From: Rhizophagus irregularis
Lineage: Eukaryota
DNA: 64,000 bases
Direction: 5' to 3'
Assembly: GCF_026210795.1 (NCBI RefSeq)
Contig: NC_089432.1
Span: 4,278,001 to 4,342,000, forward strand
The translations under genes and the position numbers were made by a program. Each line of letters starts with the position of its first letter. The stretch's first letter is position 1. Below, one piece after another: positions 1-10,631 of the stretch. A model generated the notes under the pieces. That model made no database searches. It had not been told where the DNA came from and saw only the letters and a program-made list of their open reading frames with translations.

Positions 1-1071
1 TTTTAACATACTCATCAGGAGTATCAGTAACAATAGTTTCTCTAAGACCTTGTGAAATTTCCAAAGCTAAACCAATATCATATTGTTTACCTTCAACATA
101 AAAAGGAGGTTGTCCACTAGAAATCTCCCATAATAATACGCCTAAACTGTAAATATCACTTTTTTCATTTAATGAGTATACTTGTGTTGATTGGTTGTTA
201 TTCCTCAGTCTACTAAAACTTTTTGGATCAACATAAGGAACCACTTCAAATAATTTAGATTGAAAATTGGATGATGCTCCAATTCTTTTAGATAATCCAA
301 AATCTGCTAATTTGATTGTATCATCACGGACAAGTATATTACAGGAGCGCTATTTAAGAAACATGTATATTCAAATAAGTAATACAAATATATTCATATT
401 AATGGTCAAATAATATTAAGTGAATTACCAGATCATTATGCAATATTCCTTCGTTATATAAGCATGATACAGCACAAGATAACTGGTATGCTATATTATA
501 TTTGTCATTCCAAGTAAGCTTGTTAAAATTTTCCTTCAAATAATTTCTAAGGCTACCACCGTTGGCGTATTCCATTACTAACCAATAATCATTATGATTA
601 TCTAACGAATAAAATACTTATTAAGTTTATTAAGTCCAATTCTTTGAATTTTGCGATTTACAATAATATTATATTTATTAAGATAACTTTAATAATACCT
701 GACTCGAGTTTTGTTATTCCATAGCAACGAATAAAGTTATCATGAAAATTAACTTCATGTTGAATTTTTAACTAAATAATATTTTTTAAATTAGTATATT
801 AGACAAAATCATAGACGAAAAAAATTATTTCATATTAAATTACCTCACGAACGATTTCTTTCACAGTGATTTTATTAAGACTAAAAAAAGATTTTAACGC
901 AAATTGCTCTCCTGAATTTTTCCAATTTGCATGATATACGTTTCCAAATTCTCCAGTACCAATATGTTGAATATTATTAAATTGTTTGTATTCATATGAC
1001 TTAAAATGCTCTTTATCCACAACTTCTTCAATCAAATTAACCCATTCATTTGTATGTTCGGTATCTTGCAT
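1..1071 (-). CDS. TKL-family protein kinase, 5' part (runs off window start); paralog of the kinase-Sel1 genes at 25587 and 38707
   Basis: ATG at 1071 (MQDTEHTNEWVNLIEE). Motifs across spliced exons: IGTGEFGNVY, FALK, YWLVMEYANGGSL, ILHNDL|RSCNIL, LADFG, SDIYSLGVLLWEISSG. Intron positions match the two paralogs. Confidence 0.85.
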
Positions 1072-1199
1072 TTTGATATTATTGGACGTTACTGAACGAA
1101 TTGAATAATGATAAGTTAACAGTAAAGTTAGAAAAAAATGAAAAGTAAAAATTATTAAAGTTTTATTTGTGTGCCTATTATATATATATTTTTTTTTCA

Positions 1200-1310
1200 A
1201 TGATAGTCGTACAAACGCACAGCGTGATTTAGTATTACCTGTTACAGCCAATCAACATGGTACCGCAGTTACCGCAGTAATTTCATTTACAAGTATAATG
1301 ACGTCATCAT
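1200..1310 (-). promoter_or_regulatory. Conserved upstream block of the kinase-Sel1 paralogs, with a CRE-like TGACGTCA palindrome
   Basis: TGACGTCA at 1299-1306 followed by GAAATTACTGCG and TGATTG. The same order occurs at 25350-25410 (+) and 38870-38928 (-). Confidence 0.5.
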
Positions 1311-2650
1311 GAAATTAAACCAGTAATCTTGGATATTGTTATTAAAATGGAATAGAAACTGAAAAAAATGAAATTAGAGCATTTGAATTATATAAAGAAG
1401 CAAGTAGTAATTAAAAAAACTTTTCTCTTACCAAATTCTCAATATCTAAAATTATATGGAAAATACATCAAAGTATATCAAAAAAAATATTTTTTTTCTT
1501 TCGAAATTGACCATCATATTAATCATACTCGATCATGATGTGGTAAGATCAATGCAAAAATAAGGAATGAAAGAATTAATTTAAATAATAATAAAAAAAA
1601 ATGAGAAGAAAAAAAAATTTTTTGACTCACATTTTAACCTGTAGAATCATCATCAAACAATGTCTTCTCAATATTGTAATAAACCCATACAAGAACAAGA
1701 AATTTGTAAAAAGAATTATTAAAATTTGGAAGCCTTTGCAACTGCAATCTCAACAATCTCTGTGGCGGTGACATATGGAAGTAGTCAAAGTCTCATATTA
1801 GTATATTTTTATGTAATCTTGCTTAACCGTATAAAAATATCAGAATTTTATTTTAATAATATGGCAGTACGTTATACATATAAAAGTTGTAAAAAAAAAA
1901 GCGGTATAGCAGATGAGTTGTGATACCACAAATGAGTTGCGGCAATGAAGTGACAATATCAAATCAATATCGTAAATACATCTTTTTTTATCCCTGAAAT
2001 TACCAATATCGTAACGATATCAAGACTATACTGATCAGATATTTTTTTTAATTAAATGTTGTCACAATATCTCAGCGATAAATTGTGGGATGAAGTGATG
2101 ATATCTTGCAAATATATCATCCTTTTTTTGAAATTTCCAACATCGTAATGATTATTAAGGCTGTGCCGATTTGATATTCTTTTGAATAAATATCATCATG
2201 ATATTTTCGCGATAAATTATGGAATTGATACCATTATGACATGAAATTTATATCATATCCATATCAATTCAACATCGCTCATATTTTCAAGTAAAGGAAG
2301 TGATAAAATTAAATAAATGATTGACAAATGATCAACAAAATTGTGATAAAGTAAAAATGAATGATAATCATTTCATCGGTGCTTAATAATTACTAAGATG
2401 AAATGATTAATCAGTTACTGCGATTTTTTAATAATTGATCTACATTCCAGTTTGTTTGTCATATATGCAATGATGCAATGCTTGTGAGTTGTGATCAACG
2501 CTTTTGCACATAATGTATTTTACATAAATATTATTACCATATTTATTCATACTAATAAAGGCGCTCAATAATAAAAAAAATAAGAAAAGAAATAAAAATA
2601 TTTACTTTATCTTTTTCAGTTGAGGAGAATTTGAGAATTTTGATATAGTA

Positions 2651-5611
2651 ATGGACCAATGTATTGAAGGTAGCTGAAATATTTTTTTATTTATAAACAA
2701 TTCATGTTTAATATCTTACATAATTCAACTAATTACATTCTTAATTTAAAAAACTAGATTGTAAGTAGTATATATAATTTACAGTAAATACTTTTATATT
2801 ATCTTTATATTTAACTAATTAATAATTAATAATACTACAGGGTGTAAGTTATATGATATCTATATTTGTATTATTTATATAATTTAAACTAACTAATTTC
2901 TTTATTTAAAAAATTATTTTGTAATTTATTTTAGTTGGTAAGCCATCATAGTAATTTATTTATTTAATTATATCATTACTTATTGTTATAATATTTATAT
3001 ATAATTTAAACTATATAATTTCTTTATTTAAAAAATTATTTTGTAGATGGTAAGTTATTTATTTAATTCTATTATTACTTATTGTTATAATATTTATATA
3101 TAATTTAAACTAGTATCTAATCTCTTTATTTAAAAAATTATTAAATAATATAGCGTGTAAGTTATTTATTTAATTCTATTATTACTTATTGTTATAATAT
3201 TTACATATAATTTAAACTATCTAATTTCTTTATTTATTTAATAGAACGTAAGTAATAAATTATTTGTTTAATTCTATTATTACTTATTATTATAATATTT
3301 ACATATAATTTAAACTGTCTAATTTTTTTATTTAGGGAGTAAGTTATTTATTTAATTCTATTATTACTCATTGTTATAATATTTACATATAATTTAAACT
3401 ATCTAATTTCTTTATTTAAAAAATTATTAAATAATATAGTTCGTAAGTTATTTATTTAATTCTATTATTACTTATTGTTATAATATTTACATATGATTTA
3501 AACTATCTAATTTCTTTATTTAAAAAATTATTTCGTAGAAGGTAAGTTATTTATTTAATTCTATTATTACTTAATGTTATAATATTTACATATGATTTAA
3601 ACTATCTAATTTCTCTATTTAAAAAGTTATTAAATAATATAGTGTGTAAGTTATTTATTTAATTCTATTATTACTTAATGTTATAATATTTACATATGAT
3701 TTAAACTATCTAATTTCTTTATTTAGGGAGTAAGTTATTTATTTAATTCTATTATTACTTATTGTTATAATATTTACATATAATTTAAACTATCTAATTT
3801 CTTTATTTAGGGAGTAAGTTATTTATTTAATTCTATTATTACTTATTGTTATAATATTTACATATAATTTAAACTATCTAATTTCTTTATTTAGGGAGTA
3901 AGTTATTTATTTAATTCTATTATTACTTATTGTTATAATATTTACATATAATTTAAACTATCTAATTTCTTTATTTAAAAAATTATTTCGTAGATGGTAA
4001 GTTATTTATTTAATCCTATTATTACTTATTGTTATAATATTTACATATAATTTAAACTATCTTTAAAAAATTATTAAGATCTAGCTTGTAAGTATCTCTA
4101 TTGTTATATATTTATATAATATTTATTTGTTAATTGAATTCTTTTATTTAAAAAATTCTGTTACTTTAGTTGGTAAGTTGTAAATTATAGGTTATTATGT
4201 ATTTATCCAAAAACTAAGACTTATATTACATTAAATTCCTATTTAAATTTTAGAGTAAGTAATAATTTATTTTAGTGTAAATTATAATACAATCTATAAT
4301 ATAATTTTAATTATTTAAATTTATAGATTTGGGGGAAGTGGAAACACAATTATAGATGATTTTATTCTTGAAAAAAAATTAAGATGGATTCCTTATAACA
4401 AATTTAAAAATGTTGAATATCTTAATGAAGGAGGATTTGGTACTATATACAAAGCTATTTGGTTAAAGAATTATGGAGGTGAAGAAGAAGTAATTCTTAA
4501 ATGTCACAAGAATTTAAATGAAAATTTAAATGAATTTTTGAAAGAAGTATGATAGATTGATAGTATATTATTTTTTATTTTTATAATTTATATTAATAAA
4601 TTATTATTAATTTTTGTAGTGGGACTATCATAAGAATTGTTTAAATTCATCATATGAAATTGTAAATTTTTATGGATTTACAAAAGATCCAAAGATTTCA
4701 AAATATATAGTAGTAATGGCTTATGCAAATAATGGTAATTTAAGAGAAAATTTAACAAGAATAGTCAAAAATAATTGGAATCAAAAATTATATATGTTGT
4801 ACAGAATTATTGCTGGACTTAGTAAGATACATGAAAAAAATCTTATTCATTGTGATTTTCATGATGGTAATATTTTAAATCATAATGAGAGTGTACTTTA
4901 TATTAGTGATTTAGGATTATGTCAACCTGTAAAATCGGTTTTGGAAAAGTATGATATTTATGGTGTTATACCATTTATGGCTCCTGAAGTTTTAAGAGGT
5001 AAATCTTATACTCCAGCTAGTGATATATATAGTTTTTCTATGATTATGTGGGAACTTACATCTGGAGTACCACCATTTAATAATAGAGCACATGACATTC
5101 AACTAAGTTTAAGTATTTGTAAAGATGGTGAACGTCCTGAAATTATTGAAAATGCTCCACAATGTTATGTAGATTTAATGAAAAGATGTTGGAATGAAGA
5201 TCCATTAAAAAGACCATCTTCTAAAGAAGTATTAGAAATTATTAATAAATGGATTTTCCGTTCTAATGAAGTCAATGATGAATTAAAAAGCAACATTATG
5301 GAATTTATAAATGCACCAATTAGGCAGTATAACAATCTTGTTACTCAACCTCATCCTAAAGCATGTTATACAAGTCGCTTACTTAATTTTACTAGTAAAA
5401 AATTGAATGAAATTATTGAAAGTGAAGATTCACAAGCTAATGTAGAAGCAAATGAAATACTAGTAAGTGAAAATTTGAATGATTATATAATTAAGGATTT
5501 GGGGTCATTAGGTATGTATTATGATATATAAAAAATTAATCTTGCAAATTATTTATGTGAAATTAATTTTATTTAATATTTAATTTAGATATTAAAACAG
5601 ATGAAAATTAA
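2651..5611 (+). CDS. TKL-family protein kinase with a micro-exon-encoded N-terminus
   Basis: Predicted exons: 2651-2669 (MDQCIE), 16 three-nt exons and a one-nt exon (2758-4254), 4327-4546 (FGGSGNTIIDDFI..WIPY..EGGFGTIYKA..VILK), 4620-5511 (HCDFHDGNIL, SDLG, APE, SDIYSFSMIMWE), and 5589-5611 ending in TAA. The kinase core has no stops. Confidence 0.8.
2670..4326 (+). repeat. Tandem array of intron plus micro-exon units (18 introns, 72-109 nt)
   Basis: Unit consensus GTAAGTTATTTATTTAATTCTATTATTACTTATTGTTATAATATTTACATATAATTTAAACTATCTAATTTCTTTATT(..)TAG. Sixteen junctions read AG-NNN-GTAAG and one reads AG-A-GTAAG. The core copies at 3050-4084 are nearly identical. Confidence 0.9.
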
Positions 5612-7215
5612 CTAGTAGTCATTGTTTGTTTTTAAAAAAAAATTATATATTTTTTTTTAAGCGATATTTGATATTATACATTTAAAAGAAATTGTTCTTT
5701 ATTTTATTCTTTTTAAATTTATTTAAATGCTAAGACTAGAGTCTAGTAAAATATTTTACAAAATTCTTAGTTTGTAATTTAAATAATTCCTTTTTTTTTC
5801 TACTTATAATTATTTAAACACTAAGACTAGAGTGGTAAATATTTTACAAGTTTCTTAGTTTGTAATTTAAATAAATCTTTTTTTTATAACTTTTCCAATT
5901 ATTGAGATATAAATTATCAAAATAATAATATAAACCCATTTCCAATGATAATGTATAGGCCAATAGCCTAACACTAGCCATTTTCTGTTTGATCACATGT
6001 TTGTACATAGCTCTGCATTAGTGTTTCGATACGTTTCTGGGTTCAAGTCTAGGGTGTCCAGGATTTGACGTCGTGATGGCCCAAAAATCAGGCGTGAAAA
6101 ATCACAAAAATCGTGAAAATCGTGATCCATAATTTCAGCCAGAATTACCATAATTCTGGCCAGAATTAACATAATTCCGATTATAAAAAACTTTTTAATA
6201 ATTTGATATTCTATACAAATTTTATTTATTTATTTACAATTAAGTAATAAATTTATACATTTATATTATTCATAAATCATCAATTCATTACTATAATCAT
6301 CATTATTACTAAGATTAAAATAAAGAAAATTAAGCATTTGAATATTTTCTTCTTTAAGCGCTACTCTTCTATCTGATAAAATGCTTTTATAACTAGAAAA
6401 ACTACGTTCAATATCTACACCAGATACTGGCAACCATATATATATTAAAGCCAGTGAACTAAGTTCTGGTAATATATGTCTTTTACCTCGCCAATACAAA
6501 TCCAAATCATCAAACTCTTCAATAGATTCATTAAGTCCACAGTAAATAGCCCATTCTTGTATTAAAGTATCAGTAGGAACATCAGCAAGTTTTAAACAGG
6601 CGTATAAAGTGTTGAAAAATGCCATGTGTTGCTCAACGCCAAAAAATGTAGGGAAACGAACCCTTTGTCAATCAACGCCACCTAAAAACGTTGAAAAACG
6701 CGTAAAACAACACCAATTTAAATGTAAAACAACATACAGTAAAACAACGATAGTTTAAAAACGTGTATACAATGTATAAAAACGCGTATATTGATATTAA
6801 AAATGCGTAAAGCAATGATTTTATTGTATATTATTAATATATATATTATATAAAATATGTAAATTTATTTATGATAAAATACGTATCAATTCAAATACAT
6901 TATCTAATGTAAATTCCTCTTGTTATAATTGGATTGCCGCAGATTTTTAAGCGATCAACGTACTAAATTTCCGTTGACATAGCGCCCCTGGTGACACAAC
7001 CATAACAAGGTGGGAATGTGATTTGTACAACTAAATCACTTGATTGATCTTTCTACAAACTGAAACGCGATAATTATATTAATATTATTAACTGAATGAT
7101 ATTGCTAAATTGCAATTGATACATAATATAATGCATACTAGAATAATACATATAGATTAGAAGACAAAAAATGACAACAACGAATAATATCAAATTATAA
7201 AAGTCACGTGAACTT

Positions 7216-9472
7216 TTATTGCTCTTCTTCTAAATCAGCAACTTCTAAATCAGCTGCTTGATTATCGTCCGTCGTATGCTCATCATAAACATCATCAACA
7301 CGATTATCAACTCCAATGATTTCATCATCATCGTCAATAGGTGTTATAGGTGTTTTGGGCGAAGACTCACATTCACATTCTTCAGAATCCTAAATAAAGA
7401 AATACAATATTACTAGTAATTTAATTTAAAACATTACATACAATTCAGTTGAGTACTTACCACGTCTGTATCTGTTATATTTCCGGTCCATGAATCGACA
7501 ATGTCTGCATCGATTTTTGACGAAAGGTGTTCCTCGTCAAATATAACTTCTAATACCGACTGAACCCAAATGGCATTTTCATTTGTACGCTCTTTATCAG
7601 ATGCAAAAACCGATTTAATTATTAACGAAATATAAGTATCAGACGACGGATCATCTGAGTCGCTCGGTTTGTATAAATCTTCATGGACCTGTTGAACGTT
7701 TTTACTTGCTTTCCATGTTCGCATCTGTTGTTTGCTGAAATTATCTTTGAATGGCGTTATTCTATTAATACCGAAAGTACACCACAAACTTTCTTTCAAT
7801 TTTCTAATGTAGTAACCTTTTTTAACGCGATTTGCAGCAAGTAACTATATTTAATAAAATAAACAAGTTGTTATAAATTTGGCAATTAATGACTAATATA
7901 TAATACAAATACTACTTACTTGTGAATGCATTCTATCATCCCACAAATAATCGAACGAAACTCCTTTTCCGGACAACTTCATGAGTATTTTGGCGGATGT
8001 TTCATCATTTTCTAATTTTTCTTTAAGGCGATTTTTCATTTGTCAGTCGGTTACTCGTCGATGCTCATGAAATAATTCATAAGAAAGATCTTTAATCGCA
8101 TCCTTAATACATACAAATTGTTATATTTAGTAAATAATATAAAGAAATACATAACTTTAAACCATATATTTACGTGATAAAATTCATCTGAGTTTTTGTC
8201 TTTCTTTTTCGTTTTACCCTTTTTTTTAACCTCGACTTCAGTTTCAACGTTGCGATGAGAATCTAATACCGACATTATATTTGAAATCTGGTCTTTTTGT
8301 TCGTTTAACATAGCTTCAAACCTTTCTTGATTATTAATAATCGTGTTGAGTTTTGATGCTGTTTTTTGATTAATTTGTATTAATTTGGCAAATTCACCAG
8401 AACTAACTGCTATAAATTATCGTTAATAAGAATAATAAGAACCAATTTGATAATTTATTAACAAAACAACAATGAACAAACAGTATATATCGTATCTAAC
8501 CTTGATCCGTTACTTTAGATGATGATGTTGTCGCATTATTATTTGATGGCGATTCTTTACTAATCACTGCCTTAACGCTGGATGATGATGATTTACTAGA
8601 ACCGGATGCTGCTTTACCACCAGATGCTGCTTTACCAGACGCTGCTTTACCACCAGATGCTGCTTTACCAGACGCTGCTTTACCACCAGATGCTGCTTTA
8701 CCAGACGCTGCTTTACCAGACGCTGCTTTACCACCAGATGCTGCTTTATCAGACGCTGCTTTACCACCAGATGCTGCTTTATCAGATGCTGCTTTACCAC
8801 CAGATGCTGCTTTATCAGATATCGTTATTTTAATAGAGGAAGGAGAAGAGAAGGAAGGAGGAGAAATTACCACCGAAGGGATATAAGAGGATATTGTTGA
8901 TGATTCATTTATTGCCTGATGAAAACAATAAAATGTATTTAATAAACTAATAATGTATAATATAAACAATAACAAAATTGATAACTGATATTACTTGAGA
9001 AGATCTTTTGGTAGTTTTATTGGTACCGATAATAATCTCATCAATATCTCTATCACGAAACAAATCTAACCTTGCAATTTTCGTCTTTTTTGGAGTCTCT
9101 ATTTGTGAAGCGTCTGAAATTGTTTGATGATTGGCTTCGGTATCTGTTAATTATAATGTATTTTTAGATATTCGTTCACACAAGTTCAAAAAAAAACTAA
9201 AATAAAACCTTTCAAATTATTTTGTTCGTTGATCTAAAAGATATTAATTATATAAGTATATTTATACAATCATAATAATTTACAACCAAATATATATAAT
9301 AATTTAAAGTTAAAATAATTACTTCTATATTCATACTCGTTGACGATCTAGTAGATCTAGTAGACCTAGTACTAGATCTAGTAGTAGGTTTTGGGCGTTT
9401 TAAATTATTAAAATCTAAAGAGCGTTTGCCGCTGGTTTTATTATTATTATTTTTGTTGTCGTCATTATCCAT
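7216..9472 (-). pseudogene. Accessory multi-exon gene of the Plavaka element (Ser/Lys/Ala/Gly low-complexity region, acidic C-terminus)
   Basis: ATG at 9472 (MDNDDNK). The ORF pieces at 9248, 8496, 8051 and 7434 join at GT-AG sites and end at TAA 7216-7218. One in-frame TGA at 8043-8045. No domain recognised. Confidence 0.6.
8604..8820 (-). repeat. Coding minisatellite of 15- and 18-bp units (ASGKA/ASDKA/ASGGKA)
   Basis: Repeated GATGCTGCTTTACCACCA and GACGCTGCTTTACCA on the + strand. Confidence 0.9.
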
Positions 9473-10631
9473 TGATAAAAAGATGACTGACAAGAAAGAA
9501 TTAATTGATTATTAGAATGTGAGAATGAGAAAAAAAAATATTAGAATGTGAGAAAAAAAAGCAATCATTTTTTAACTCTTATGTGTGATGATCTACTTGA
9601 TTTACCTATACGTAAGTATACTCAAGTATACTAATGATTAGTATACTTACTTAGTGTCCAGTGTAACTTGTAACAAACATAATTAATGTAATTACTTAAC
9701 TAGATGTTACTTTAAGACTAAATTGCGGCGCAATGTCACGTGTTACAACGATTCATTCGAATTTCAACGCCCACATCGCAAAAAAGTATTAGTCATGTCA
9801 CGTGTTGCAACGACAAATCTGATTCATTTCTTCACTTCGAATTTCAACGCCCACATTGCAAAAAAGTATTAGTCGTTGTTCATCACATTGTTAATCGTTG
9901 TTCATCCTTACGAAATCATGTGATGTTTCAAATTGAATTTCTGCTGATGAAGTAGACGTGATGAGTAACTATGGACAGCTAGAAATGAAAGCGTTTAACG
10001 ATGAACAGAACAACTAGTAGTAGAGGTGAGCAATAAAGAGAAGGAAGAGATTAAATCTGAAGAAGAGAGAAAATTTTAACAGGAAATTGTAAATATCGAG
10101 GATGTAAATTAAAACAAGTGAAATTTCCAACAAAATATAATTACCTTCATCCAACGCTCGGTTTTGCTTTTGGACGTTCCAGTTTACTATATTAATTAAT
10201 CCTTTATTTTATTCGTCGTAAAAGTACTAATAATAATAATTATGCGTTAATTTCTATGATGTTTGTTGTGTTTGTTGACACCTTAAATGTGAATATTTTC
10301 ATCAGTATCATTACGCAGTTAACTGATGGTATCATTTGATATCCTCACCTAAATATTTAAATGACACGATGATTGATTAATTTAATGTATGTATTTCTTG
10401 ATTGATCGTAATCAGTAACACTAACTGTTAACATTGTGTAAACCGTGCAATACGTCAAGCAATACTGTATTGTTAAGTATTGTTAATATTATTGAGGCAC
10501 ATAGTCAAATTATTGTTAAACAAGTTAATATAATAAATCAACATGTAAAAAACCTTAATGTTTTTATATAAATTAACCTACTTTGCTAGCGTCAAATAAA
10601 AAACTTATTCACCATAAATCAACTTCAAAAA

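Noticed and set aside
1900..2295. Region rich in GATAT/ATATC motifs, possible MITE
   Set aside because: No TIR pair or TSD could be identified.
2940..4090. CRISPR-like appearance (conserved repeats with variable inserts)
   Set aside because: The context is eukaryotic, there are no cas genes, the inserts are only 3 nt, and the repeats carry GT, branch and AG splice signals.
2758..4172. Reading the micro-exons as whole codons (IGLMRNGFKCGGGMLL, stop-free)
   Set aside because: Phase 0 runs out of frame with the kinase exon at 4327 with or without the 1-nt exon, and both candidate exon-1 donors are phase 1.
8564..8833. ORFs 8564-8800(-) and 8606-8833(+)
   Set aside because: Alternative frames of the coding minisatellite.
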